A stretch of 64,000 bases of DNA from positions 364,963-428,962 of the forward strand of contig ML996701.1 in assembly GCA_010356995.1 (NCBI GenBank). The letters are read 5' to 3'. Shown one piece after another: positions 1 through 11,670 of the stretch. The translations under genes and the position numbers were made by a program. The stretch is from Trichodelitschia bisporula (Eukaryota). Under the pieces are notes generated by a model. It was given only the letters and a program-made list of their open reading frames with translations, was not told the DNA's origin and did no database searches. Position 1 is the stretch's first letter, and each line of letters opens with the position of its first letter.

Positions 1-160
1 AGAACCAGATGCCGGCGACGACCATGGCGGCGCCGATGATGGCGAACAGCGCGAGGAACCCCGCATTGTCAAGGTCATTGGCGGGCTTGACGCCCGTGCC
101 GAAGGTGGGAGTTTTGTCGGCACGCGGAAGAAGGTGGGGATAAGAGGGAGCAGGCGCCAT
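1..160 (-). CDS. 5' part of a hypothetical membrane protein (runs off the window edge)
   Basis: ATG at 160 on the minus strand reads MAPAPSYPHLLPRADKTPTFGTGVKPANDLDNAGFLALFAIIGAAMVVAGIWF... It is open to the edge, has coding-like codon usage and a clear TM helix. Confidence 0.7.
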   Translation of the reverse strand, partial: MAPAPSYPHLLPRADKTPTFGTGVKPANDLDNAGFLALFAIIGAAMVVAGIWF

Positions 161-642
161 GATGAGGATGCTCGGAATGTGCTGTTGAGATCCTGAGCAC
201 GAGGCTCTGGGTACGATGGATGGACGTCGATCAGACGGAATGTGTGTGCGGAATGCTCAGAGATGGGTTTGACGAGCGATAGTGGAATGTCAAGTCTGTC
301 TCTACAAATTCGTAGGAGAGACAGACGGTCGTAGAGATGCAAGATGTGGAGAGTTTGGGTGTGGGAGAGGAAGCGCTGGTTGAGGTGGTGGTTTAAGCGG
401 CCGGCCCCCAGCCTCTCTCCCCGGCCTCTCCAATTTCCCCTGCCACTGACGTTGTGTTTACACCCCGGTTGCCCCGCGACGAGCGGGAAAGGCCCGTGCA
501 CTGAGTGGCTGGTGGCCTGGTCAGGTGATTCGACCCTGAACGACCTGGAGCTTCCACTTTCACTTTCAGACTTCACATCCTGAGTTACGCATTTCGTCTT
601 GTGCTTCTCGTCCTCGCATTCGGGAGCCTACAGTGTCTTCTG

Positions 643-772
643 CGGATGTAACTTGTGATCATACCTAAGCTCCGCCGCGCAAGTCACCTTCAAACTCATT
701 CATCTACATCCTGTACGGATGTAAGTTGTGGTTATGTACCTAAGCTCCGCCTTGCAAGTCACCTTCAAACTC
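643..772. repeat. Imperfect direct repeat of about 55 bp (643-697 and 716-772)
   Basis: CGGATGTAActTGTG..TACCTAAGCTCCGCC..GCAAGTCACCTTCAAACTC occurs twice in the intergenic region. Confidence 0.9.
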
Positions 773-1090
773 CGGGCTGGTGAGTACGTATCTCCGTAGG
801 TCCAGACTGACCAATGGCAAACTGCCTACGCCGCGAGAATAAACCACAGCGGATGGTCAAAAGCCAGCTTGCAGACTATCGGGCTTTCAAGTTGAGCCGA
901 TTCTGCAAGTCTCTACAATACAGGCAGGACATTGAAATGAGTACGCCTTCGATATATATAGCATCTGTAAGCGGTCGGATGTCGATCGTGCCCATCCCGA
1001 ACAGGAGCCTACAGCCACTTCGGTTTATAATAAAGAGTCAAAGCGACGGAATAAACTCAGGACATTGTTATCAGTTCTTCTCCCATCATT

Positions 1091-1203
1091 GGACATATTC
1101 AGCATCTATTGAACCTCAGTCCTTCTCCCATTCGACATATTCAGCAATCATTGAACCTCAATCCTCCTCACATCGGACATATTCAGCATTTATTGAACCT
1201 CAG
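1091..1203. repeat. Tandem repeat with 42-bp period (about 2.7 copies) upstream of the SDR gene
   Basis: GACATATTCAGCA...ATTGAACCTCA starts at 1092, 1134 and 1176. Confidence 0.9.
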
Positions 1204-1219
1204 CTCAACAACGACCATC

Positions 1220-2209
1220 ATGGGCCTCTTCCAAGTCAGCCTACGAGACCCGACCGGCTCCTTCGCCGGCAAGACCATCATCGTCACCGGCTCCAACACG
1301 GGCCTTGGTCTCGAAGCCGCCATTAAATTCACCCAGCTCAATGCCTCACGCCTCATCCTCGCTGTTCGTGATCCCTCCAAAGGCGAAGCCGCCAAAGCGA
1401 CCATCCAACAGCGCGTCCCCAACCACACGACCAACATCGAGGTCTGGCCGCTGGATATGGCCTCATACGCCAGCATCAAATCCTTCGTCCACCGTGTCGA
1501 GAGCGATGTCGACCGACTCGACATTGCGCTGCTGAACGCCGGCTTCATGTCGGGCAAGTTCCAGCTCAGCGAGTACGGTTGGGAGACGGTTCTGCAGGTC
1601 AACACTGTCTCGACGACGCTTCTCGCGCTGTTGCTGCTGCCAAAGCTGCGCGCCAGCAGGACGGAAACTTCGACGCCGGTGCTTGAGGTTGTGAGCTCGG
1701 GCTTGCATACGAGAGCGAAGGTCAATGCGGAGCACCGGGCACTGGAGCATGTGATGGCGAGCTACAACAACGCCGAGTCGGTCGCGGAAGGTCCGGTAGG
1801 AGAGGGGCAATACTCGCGCTCGAAATTGTTCGTCTTGCAGGCGTTTGAGGTGATCGCTCGTTCGGTACTGAACAAGAGCACGGGCAAGCCGGATGTGCTT
1901 GTTGTTGTGTCGTGCCCCGGGGCGTGCAAGAGCGAGTTGGGCAGGGAGATGACGGGTCTGCTGGGGGTTGCGAAGAACCTCTTCTATCGCTTTATCAGGA
2001 CGGCGGAGGAGGGTTCGAGGACGCTGGTGAGTGCGACGCTGTTGGGTGAAGAGGCGCATGGCAGGTTCTGGACGCATGATAAGATCGCTGAAAAGACTTC
2101 CATTCTCAGGGGTGATGATGGGGAGAAGCTGAGGCAGAAGGTGTGGCGCGAGATCTTCGAGAGTCTTCGCAAGGACAATCCCGATGTCCCAGAGCTCGCT
2201 CAGTTCTGA
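1220..2209 (+). CDS. Short-chain dehydrogenase/reductase (retinol dehydrogenase/WWOX-like)
   Basis: ATG 1220 (MGLFQV...). TGSNTGLG Rossmann motif, LLNAG, and YSRSK catalytic YxxxK. No introns. Confidence 0.93.
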   Translation: MGLFQVSLRDPTGSFAGKTIIVTGSNTGLGLEAAIKFTQLNASRLILAVRDPSKGEAAKATIQQRVPNHTTNIEVWPLDMASYASIKSFVHRVESDVDRLDIALLNAGFMSGKFQLSEYGWETVLQVNTVSTTLLALLLLPKLRASRTETSTPVLEVVSSGLHTRAKVNAEHRALEHVMASYNNAESVAEGPVGEGQYSRSKLFVLQAFEVIARSVLNKSTGKPDVLVVVSCPGACKSELGREMTGLLGVAKNLFYRFIRTAEEGSRTLVSATLLGEEAHGRFWTHDKIAEKTSILRGDDGEKLRQKVWREIFESLRKDNPDVPELAQF

Positions 2210-2585
2210 TGCGACCTCCGGTCCTTCAAGCTTTCCGAAGCTGGGGGTGCATGGAGGATTGCTTCCGTCTTGCTGTTGGAGTCAGAGGCGTTACAGGTGT
2301 TCAAGTTCCCAAGCAGTCTATATTGATCCGAGCATTTAGTTACATCTACAACATCAACAATGTTTCCATCGTTTTCGCAGTGCTCTTTAGAATTCGTCGA
2401 ATCACGTGAAGGCGCGATTTATCCCTGACGTCGATCATCAGGCTGCGCCCAACGCCAGCGCAGCACGGAGGGGGAACAGCTCATCAGCCTCACGCAAAGC
2501 CCAACATGAATCATCGCCCCGCCTCGCTCAGAATGGCAGTCTCTCCATCCCTCATCCATCTTCTCCCGCAGCTCACTATCTCAAG

Positions 2586-4241
2586 ATGCGCCTCATCGAC
2601 TGCAATACCTTTAAGATCGAAGAGTTCTTCGGCGACGCCATCCCGCAATATGCCATCCTCTCTCACACCTGGGAGACCGACGAGGTCGAACTGAAGGACA
2701 TGAGCGACCTCAAAGTTGCCAGGAAAAAAAGCGGTTTCAACAAAATCGAACGCTGCGCCTGGCAGGCTACTGAGGATCGCCTCCAGTACTGCTGGGTCGA
2801 CACCTGCTGCATCGACAAATCCTCCTCCGCCGAACTCACCGAGGCCATCAACTCCATGTTCCGCTGGTACCGCGTCGCGGCCAAATGCTACGCCTACCTC
2901 TGGGACGTGACCTCCGGCCCCGACGAGCGCGAGCTCCAGGAATGGGAGTTCCGGCAGAGTAAATGGTTCACGCGCGGCTGGACACTCCAGGAACTCCTCG
3001 CGCCGCAGGAAGTTGAGTTCTACACCCGCGACTGGCGCCCCCTCGGCAGTCGCTCTACCTTCAGCAGCCTCATCTCCAACATCACACGCATCCAGCACAC
3101 GGCGCTCCTGGCGGGCGATCTGAGCGACTTCAGCGCCGCGCAGAAAATGAGCTGGATGAGCGCCCGGCGCACCACGCGCGTCGAAGACACGGCGTACTGC
3201 ATGCTCGGTCTCTTCGGTATCAACATGCCTTTGCTATACGGCGAGGGCGTCCGGGCTTTCATCCGGCTGCAGGAAGAGATAATCAAGATCAGCGACGACC
3301 ACAGCCTCTTCGCCTGGCGCGACACCGTCCCCTCCCCGTCCCGCTACAGGGGCCTCCTCGCCCGCTCCCCACTCGAATTCCAAGACGCACACGACGTAGT
3401 CCCGCTAGAACGCGAATCCGGCGAACCATACACCATCACAAACCGCGGTCTGAGCATCGCGCTCCCCCTCCATGACCGGCCTGCGCGCACACATACACAC
3501 CCTGGGCATGACCCGGCGGAGCTCGAGTACGTGATCATGCTGGCATGCGGGCAACTCGGGCGCCCGCACGACGCGCTGGGGATATACCTACGGCGGCTGT
3601 CCGCGAGCTCAGATCAGTTCGTACGCATCGACCCGCATGAGCTGTACGTTGGGGCGCCGATGCTGGAGGTTGTTCCGAAGGCACTGTTTGTTAGGCATGC
3701 GAGTAGTTTGCCGCGCGGGCATACGACGGAGCGCGTGGGGGGGTTCTACCTGCGGGGTATTGCGGCGGAGCCATTCGCGCCTGTTTTCGTTACTGAGAGC
3801 CCGGGGTGGAGTCCCGCGCAGGAGGATGTCGGGTGGGTGCGGTGCGAAGCACCACCCGGTGGGCCGCTTGCTACAAGCATAAGTTTCCGGTCGAAGGAGG
3901 CTGGGTTCCGGGCCGTTGAACCCAGGGTGCGGCTCGAGTATAATCCGACGCCGAAGGCGATGGTGAGTGGGATTGCGGGGAAGGAGAGGGGGATGCTTGA
4001 GCCTTGGGGTTTTCGGTGGAGTGTGGGGGATGGAGCCGCTGGGGAGGGGGAGGATTGTCCTGTGCTTAGGGATGCGAGGGTGGAGATGAAGGTGGGGTTG
4101 AGGGGGGATGAGGTTATGGTTGTTGTGGATGTTGCGTTTACGCCGTGGAAGGAGAGGGTGTATGGGGTTGGGAAGGGGAAGAAGGAGGCGGTGAATGGAG
4201 TGAATGGAGTTGACAGTGGACCGGTTGCGGAGTTGGGTTGA
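2586..4241 (+). CDS. HET-domain (heterokaryon incompatibility) protein
   Basis: ATG 2586. MRLID...YAILSHTW, WVDTCCIDKSSSAELTEAINSMFRWY, WFTRGWTLQELLAP and MPLLYGEG are HET-domain hallmarks. Confidence 0.93.
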   Translation: MRLIDCNTFKIEEFFGDAIPQYAILSHTWETDEVELKDMSDLKVARKKSGFNKIERCAWQATEDRLQYCWVDTCCIDKSSSAELTEAINSMFRWYRVAAKCYAYLWDVTSGPDERELQEWEFRQSKWFTRGWTLQELLAPQEVEFYTRDWRPLGSRSTFSSLISNITRIQHTALLAGDLSDFSAAQKMSWMSARRTTRVEDTAYCMLGLFGINMPLLYGEGVRAFIRLQEEIIKISDDHSLFAWRDTVPSPSRYRGLLARSPLEFQDAHDVVPLERESGEPYTITNRGLSIALPLHDRPARTHTHPGHDPAELEYVIMLACGQLGRPHDALGIYLRRLSASSDQFVRIDPHELYVGAPMLEVVPKALFVRHASSLPRGHTTERVGGFYLRGIAAEPFAPVFVTESPGWSPAQEDVGWVRCEAPPGGPLATSISFRSKEAGFRAVEPRVRLEYNPTPKAMVSGIAGKERGMLEPWGFRWSVGDGAAGEGEDCPVLRDARVEMKVGLRGDEVMVVVDVAFTPWKERVYGVGKGKKEAVNGVNGVDSGPVAELG

Positions 4242-6400
4242 TGGGGTGGTGATGGGTGGACTCCGGGCCTGAGATGACGTTCGGAATGGCGTGGTATAGC
4301 AGCTTACGATCTCGTCTAATGGTATCACATTCGTCATTCGCCATCTCGGGACGCCATCTTCCGCTTAGTCCTCCACACCCTCACGCCGACCATGCCCCGA
4401 GCAGCTCGGCCGATGCGCACTCGCCGCTCACCGTCCCCGTACGCGCAACAGGGTCCGCACGCACAGTAATCGCCCATCGCTTTCGGGCCGAGTGATGTGC
4501 TTACAGGATCCAGCCTTGTGATGCACCTCTTTTGGCACCGGTAGGTCGACCAGCCTTGTGCTGGGCTTAGCGCTTACTCATCTCAACCCCGTACCCACGG
4601 TCAGCTGCTTTGGGGATCCTGGGGATCGGATGGTGATTGAACCGGGTTTTGGAGTACGGTTTGGGATTCGCAGACCGTTGTGTTGGCCGAGCGGTGGCGA
4701 TCTGATGAACCTTTCACCGCAGGGGTTGCGGCTTGCCGAATGTGTTTAAGGTCCGGTACCTCCAGTCTTGGTGATACATCGGAGAGTTCGGCTATTCTTC
4801 ATGGTCAACGTCAGTGTAACTCATTTTTAGTCCAATATGTGCACAGACCAACATGTAACATGTGGACGCTTCCGGTCATGCTCGTTTGGACTCCATCACC
4901 TAGAATTCCGAGCGGCGACTAACCAAGGTCTCTGATCAACAACAAGCATGCACGCAAGTTCCATTCCCTACCGCCACACATCGCAAGTTCTCCGCGGCTA
5001 GCGCGAGGTGGTGCTGCATAACCAAGCGCTATTGGTGCAACACCTGGCAGGGCTAAAGGCCATGATTAAGCGTAGATATCAGGTTTGACAAGCTGGGGTA
5101 GAACACTGACTTTCATGGTGGGGGATTCTTCCATGGCACAAGCACTCAGACCTTGGAAGTCCACTTACCCGTTTCGGACAACGAGGATCTGATATGCACA
5201 TTAGCATCACCACCTGATAGAGCCACACACGCAACCCAATATTCTCCCCATCACGACTTCCACCTTTAATGACGAGCAATGTTATCATCCCTTCGCCGCG
5301 ATGGCCTCACATAATAACCAGCCTCGAGGCTTAGCTACGCCGCTGACTCACCCGCATCACCTGCCTGCACCCCGGAAAACCGTGGTGGCACACCCCGTCC
5401 GCCTTACACCCTGCAGGAATATTGTACAACCCCATGCATACACCTCCCCTCACCCTACCCCATCACGCGCACCGAACATCGGCGCAAGGGCAAGACACAA
5501 GTCCGCAAGTCGGTGTGGGGAGCGCAGGACCCCACCATCATCCATTCCCTCATCTACATCAGGATATCGAACATTCACAACGGTCACCTACAATGGTAGC
5601 CGGCCGTAGCACGCTTAACCTCTGAATACGGATAGCCGCGCTCTCCGCTCGCCGAAATGCCCAAGCGGTGAAGGCAAAACGCCAGTAAGCGGGGAGGGTG
5701 TGAAGCGGACACCCTCCCAGTCGTAATGCGATTACGCATCACCAGGACCCCGGCCCGCGTGCTGCAAGGCTGCAGCTCCAAGCCTGCGAACGCCTGCGCG
5801 GCCGCTGCATGCACGCGGCTCTGTTGTGCAGGTGCAGGGTGTCGGCATCAGGTGTGTATGCCGCTAATGGTCAGGTTGGAAGCTGACTGTACGTTCGCTC
5901 TCGAGAGCATATATACTCACTCCCTTCCCGGCTTTGACTCGGCTTCACATCCTTCGAGTTTGATGCTTCGGTGCGTTCCCCGGTTGGCACGCAGGCGCCG
6001 GGAGAAGAGCGTCGCTGAGAGTTTTGGTTGCCTTCTTGGTTCGCATTGAGGTCAGGCTTTTTTCTTATTAGGCTCGCCTGAGTCTTGTTTTGCATTTCCT
6101 TCGATTCTGGGACCGAGTTTGCTGCGGTTCCGTGGTTGACATACGGCGCGGACTCAGTACATACGTATTCCGCTGCCTGGCCGCCCTCGTACACCTTCGA
6201 AAAGAGTCATTGTGGCCTCATCCCAGCTTTCTACTTAAATCCTTTAATCGGCAGCTCAAGGGCACTTCTCACCAAAAACACCATATCATCACTACGACCA
6301 GCATCAAAACGTCTTCGTCGCCATCACTACCACTGCACCATCTCTTCACCACCACATCTCATAACCATCACATCTCACCACTACCACAGTAACAGTAGCC

Positions 6401-7180
6401 ATGCCCTCCAACCCCCGGACTTACCTCCAGGACCCCGACCCCCTCACCCACCCTACCTCCTCACCATCCCGCCCCATCCACATCCCCATCTGCATCAGCC
6501 GCTCTCCCAGTAAATGCCCCCCCTCCCTCCACCTCGACCTCAGCTCCTTCAGCCCCGATCCAATGGCCGAGTTCTACTACGGCCAAAACCCCCTCTCACC
6601 CTCAGACTGGGACTTCTCCGCCTACGAGGCCAGCCTCGCCTCGCCACTATTCCCCAGCGAGCCGAGCTCGGGCACCTCATCCCCCTCATCACCCTCACGC
6701 TCCTCCTCCCCCGCACCTCCCTCGCCCTCATATGAACCACACTCCCTCTACCGCCCCCACCCAACCCACACCCGCTCGCAGCCCGCCCTGTCACGTCCAG
6801 CCTTGACCTCGCGCCCGGCCTCCACCGTCTCACTCCCCGACGTGGCGGCACATAAGGCGCAGAAGTTCCGGCCTGTGCAGACGAAGAAGTGGCCGACGCG
6901 GGCGGTGGAGTATCATCATGGGACGTATGCGCGGCGCCGCAAGGGGAAGCGTGGGCATGGGCATGTTGCGCCGGTCGCGAGGCGGCAGGATGAGGAAGAC
7001 TGGGTCAGGGAGGAGGATATGTGGGCGCGGCCCCGGGCGGAAGAGAGGGTGGAGGAGGAGGGGAGGAAGGAGGGCGGGTGGCTGCGGTGGGTGCCGACTG
7101 CGAGGGTGAGGCTTTGGACGATGCATGAGGGGGGTGGGGAGGTTGTTGAAGGCGGAGGGTGCTGTGCGCTGCTTAGGTGA
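6401..7180 (+). CDS. Hypothetical Pro/Ser-rich protein (start may be 6401 or 6563)
   Basis: 259-aa ORF preceded by a CAC/CAT-rich leader. It shows the same C-rich 5' to G-rich 3' gradient as real genes in this window. No recognised domain. Confidence 0.5.
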   Translation: MPSNPRTYLQDPDPLTHPTSSPSRPIHIPICISRSPSKCPPSLHLDLSSFSPDPMAEFYYGQNPLSPSDWDFSAYEASLASPLFPSEPSSGTSSPSSPSRSSSPAPPSPSYEPHSLYRPHPTHTRSQPALSRPALTSRPASTVSLPDVAAHKAQKFRPVQTKKWPTRAVEYHHGTYARRRKGKRGHGHVAPVARRQDEEDWVREEDMWARPRAEERVEEEGRKEGGWLRWVPTARVRLWTMHEGGGEVVEGGGCCALLR

Positions 7181-7550
7181 TGGATAAAAGGATGCGGAGT
7201 GTGTGTGGCCTTGCATACTTGGAGTTCCGGTTGGGACTTCTTTTTTAACTAGATGGCATAACGGACTCGGCAAAGGTTGGCGTTGGATTGCATTTTGGAG
7301 TTGGGTTTCGTTCGGTATATGGCGTCTCGCGGCGGCGGTAGCACTTAATCTGGGCATTTGGTTTGGCGTTGGCGGTCTAAGGAACAAAGCGGAGTCTCGC
7401 GGCTGCCATGCATAGCCGGGTTGTTGAAGCATTTATATCTCATCTTGGGAGGATTAGCATCGATCTCATACCGCATAATGGAAAGAAGGGGGAGGGAACG
7501 GTTTCAGGTCAAAACAGTCGTTCACCGAATCATGCTTCCAGATCGCTCCC

Positions 7551-8496
7551 TCATAGCTTCTGCTCCTGCACCCCAACCTCAATAATCTGATCAATGCCCT
7601 CATACGGCGGTACATCAAGCTCATACTTGTCCGCCACCGCCTTGCTCAGAAACCTGTAGTCATCAGCACCCACCCCTTACACATAAACGGCCACTCACCG
7701 CCCCCCTACAAAATGCCTTCCCTGGAACCACTTCACCAAAGGCTTCGGCGCCGTGAGGCTAATCAACGCCTCAGGCTGAAACCCCGCACCTGGGCCTTCA
7801 CTCGGCGGCCCCGCCTCGATGTTCCACGACGAGGGCGCATCGACCGCAAGGACGGGCACACGGCTCTCGGCCAGGGCGCGGATGACGGCTGGAAAGGGCT
7901 CGCGAACCTCGCCCGAGAAGCTGAACCCTGGGAATGTCAGTCCGGGTCTCCGACAACCAGAGGGAGGGAACGGCTACCGAAGATGGCGTCGACGACGTGG
8001 TCGGTTTGTGCCAGAGCGGCGGGGAAGTCTTCAGTGAAGGGCACGTCCAGGTCGCGAAGTTGAGTTGTGAGCCGCTGGTACAGCTCGTTTTTGGGCTGCT
8101 TTGGGTAGTAGACGGTTGGCTGATAGCCGTAGTGCCATAGGTGGCGCGCGGCAACGAGGCCGTCGCCCCCTGGGGAGGTGAGATGGCTGGATACTGAAGC
8201 ATGGAAGTAAACGGACCATTGTTACCCGGCCCGCAGGCAACGAGGATGCGCCGGCCTTTCTGGGGAGGTTGGAGTTTGAAGACTTCAATATCAATACCGG
8301 AAGTCAAGACGTGGTGACTATTAGAGCATACCCGCCTGGGACACAGAGAGCCCCGCGAGCTCCATCAATTGGTCGATGGAGAAGGCGCCGGTGCTCATCA
8401 GCTCTTTGTCGAGCGCGGCGGCATTTCTGGCGGAGAGTGTCTAGTACGGTGTTAATGGGAGAATGCTGCGCGCGGCAATCTTACTCTGAGAGCCAT
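7551..8496 (-). CDS. NNR1: NAD(P)H-hydrate epimerase (YjeF N-terminal domain), multi-exon
   Basis: Spliced exons give MALR/TLSARNAAALDKELMSTGAFSIDQLMELAGLSVSQA..., ACGPGNNGGDG, DAIFGFSF and DAPSSW. Ends ...EQKL* (TGA at 7551-7553). Confidence 0.92.
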
Positions 8497-8882
8497 GATA
8501 TTTGTCCCTTCTGCTATAGTTTTGGACCACAGCTTTGTTGTTTGGTGTTTGGCGATATCAGACGTTCGGTTCGTTGGACAGCGATTACATCACACCATGA
8601 TGCTGGGAGCGGAAGCCGGCAGCGCAGATCTGCAACCATCCAGCCGATTGAATTCGTAAAAAAACGTGCACGATGAGAGGGAACTTCATTCTTCCTCAGT
8701 ATTTCGAGTCTTTAAACACTTACTGTAACCCTCAGCCCTCGCGCCTTCCCGCCCCTCCCATCCGCGACGTCACTCTCAACTTCGGCCTCAGGCACCGACT
8801 CCCCTCAGGCATCCACAAAATTTCCCTCACAACGCATCTCCGCATCTCGAACCTCAATGTGCCAGCCCCCCGCACATCCACA

Positions 8883-9376
8883 ATGGTAGTCCGCATCCGC
8901 CTCGCCCGCTTCGGGCGCGCCTACCAACCCTTCTACAACATCGTCGTGGCACACGCGCGGTACGCTCCCCAACCCGCTCCCCAATTTCTCCCCCAATCCG
9001 CCGGCTAACACCTCCCCGCAGCACCGCCCGCAACTCCAAACCCCTCGAAGTCCTCGGAACCTACAACCCCGTCCCGCAGCGCTCCGCCGACCCCGCGGCC
9101 CGCCCGTTCAAGGACATAAAGCTCGATATCAGCCGCGCGAAGTACTGGATTGGTGTGGGGGCGCAGCCGAGCGAGCCGGCGTGGCGGTTGTTGAGTATGG
9201 TGCGTGGGTACCGGATCTAGTTTCTCAGGGTGGAGTGGCTAACAGCGGTGCAGGTGGGGATCGTGTCGCCGCGGAAAAAGGCTGCGGAGAGGGCGCGGGA
9301 AGCGGATGCAAGACTACGTCAACTGGTGGCGGAGAAGGCGGAGGAGATCAAGGGGCGGGAGGCGGAGGCGGCATAA
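8883..9376 (+). CDS. MRPS16: Mitochondrial ribosomal protein bS16m, 3 exons
   Basis: [42 protein letters not shown]...[13 protein letters not shown]. Two GT-AG introns; TAA at 9374-9376. Confidence 0.93.
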
Positions 9377-9571
9377 AGAGTACATGGCAGAGCGTGAGAG
9401 GGACTTTTGGATTAGACACGGGCGTTGGCGTCTCGGTGCATGTTAGAAACCGCAGAGGGCGGCGATATGCGCCGCTGTACAATATAGCAGGGCAGGGGCG
9501 GCACGTAGTTGAGGCACAAGGCGGGATGCGGAATATCATGACTCCATTCGTCTATTCTATCCGGGGGGCGT

Positions 9572-11298
9572 CTAGTGCCCCTTCGCAATGAAAAAGGTGT
9601 TGGTTATCAAACAGACAACCATGACAACAACGCCGTATATCGCCAACCCCAAACTCAGCTTCCGCATCAGCCCCTTCGTCCACGGCTTCTTCAGCAGCCG
9701 ACTCCCGACTACTGAACCTACTACCGAACCTCTATCTTCATCATCTGACTCCAGCCCTTCATCATCATCTTCTTTCATCAGCCGCTGGTGATGCACCGAA
9801 TCCGGCGAGGAGATCTTGTAGTAAAACAGCCCCGGCAGGATAAAGCTGATACTCGTGCTCCCCGTGCTGCCCACGTACGCCAGCACCATCTCCAGAGACG
9901 ACACCGTCATCGCTACAATGTAGCTCATGATGATGATGACCGACGTGATAATCGCAAAGCGCGCGTCGCTCATTTCCGGCGGTGCGGATTTACCTGGCGC
10001 TAGGAGAAGGGCATTGCGCGTCGGCGACGACTCGGTTATGCGAGTATTCTTGCGCAGCGGGCGCCAGCGCAGGATTGCGTCGATGGACGCCCGGCACGGG
10101 TGCGCTTGAAGCGGATAGGAGAACATCACGAGGATGACAATGGCGGCGCGGCCGATAGTGGATGGGATGGCGGGGGGATCTAACCATGTGAGCACTAGCT
10201 TGTCTCTGCAAGGGGTAACTTACACATCCCGACAATGTTGCCTTGGACGTTGCTGCCGTAGGAGAGATAGCCGGTAACCGCAACGAGAATGTACGTTGCG
10301 CAGGCAGAGCCGATGCTGGCAAACACTACGCTAGTCGTCCGATAGTGAGAGTTGTTGTTGATCTCATTAAGAATGGAAAACATCTACACCGGTCAGTTGG
10401 GCAGACTGCATCGACGGAATCCATACGTTCTGATGGCAGGTATATGCAAAAACCATCACTGGAAAACTGGCCAGTGCAGGCACGGGCCCCGCCCATTTGA
10501 AAGAAATCGTACCGCGGTCGTGAAGCGTGTCGCCCTTGATGAAGTGGGCCAGAACGAGAATGACAAGATAGCTGATGGCAACGAGGGCCACCACGCTCGT
10601 GTACTTGAGTGAGTCAAGGCGCCGTAAGAAAGAAAGTGGAATGACGATCAACCTGTTCGGTTAGTTTGCGCAGGCCCACGGAACGGAGCCCTACATGAAA
10701 GCAGTTATCCAAAAATGACGATCCACAAGGTATGCCGTCTGGCCGGCATGCTCGTTGAACCCCAAAACGACGCCCGGCATCAGGTCTCCGATGATGATAA
10801 GGTAGCTAACACCGACACCAAAGCACTTGATGGCGATGGCGGTGTCGAATATGACCGCAGCGTTTGGGTATGTAAGCTGTGATAGCGCAAAGAATGACGC
10901 TGTTCCTCGGTCGAGATATCGTGCACACTGTGTCTGAAGGTACAAGCCGAAACCGGCAGTGATGCCGGACCAGATTATCAAGAAGATTCCGAGTGGGATG
11001 CCCATCTGCGACAGCGCGCGGGGCATTGCGAGTACACCGGCTCCGACAACTATGCCCGTCAGCTTTTCCTCCGTCAAAGGCGGGAGCCCGTACTCGTGTT
11101 GACGAGGTTGATAACACTACTGATCCAGCTCGCCTGTCCGATTATCCCGACTTCTTTCTTGCCCCTCCGCGTTCTGTCTCATCAGCGTGAACTAACCACC
11201 GGCGCAAAGACCCACCTCCTCCCCCGCGGGATAGACAAGTTCTCCGACCGGCCATCATGGTCTTCGGCTTCCTGGTTGATTGCCGAATAGCTGGCCAT
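9572..11298 (-). CDS. Vacuolar amino acid transporter (AAAP family, Avt5/6/7-like), multi-exon
   Basis: Exons encode ASWISSVINLVNT/IVGAGVLAMP, AIAIKCFGVGVSYLIIIGDLMP, FAYTCHQN, SYPLQAHPCR and GSTSISFILPGLFY. Many TM helices. Confidence 0.92.
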
Positions 11299-11670
11299 AA
11301 CTCCGGCGAGGCTAGCTATGGTTCACGACGAGGCTGGTACGGTGCGCGGAGCGGTCGATGCATTACGAACCCGCTGCGTATGCGGGGCGGAACGATGGAG
11401 ACTGCTGTAAAGGTTCGAGGTTCGGATGGGTTGCGGCGGGGGACAAAGGATGTTCGTTTCGTAGTTCAAGGGTCAGAAGCGCAGGTGGCTGTTGTCACGA
11501 TGTCGCTTGGGCCTGCCAAGATCCTGGGCGACACAAGCCCAATCCTTTTAATAGTTACGTACAAGGGGGGCGAACGAGCTAGAACTGATCCCCGCGCATC
11601 CCCGCAATCAACATTGACACTCGTAGTTCACCTTCTGCGGACGCGCCAATTCTACTCTACTACCTTCCTG

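Noticed and set aside
1091..1203. Regularly spaced repeats that superficially resemble a CRISPR array
   Set aside because: The intervening sequences are themselves similar, so it is a plain tandem repeat. There are fewer than 3 full units, no cas genes, and the context is eukaryotic.
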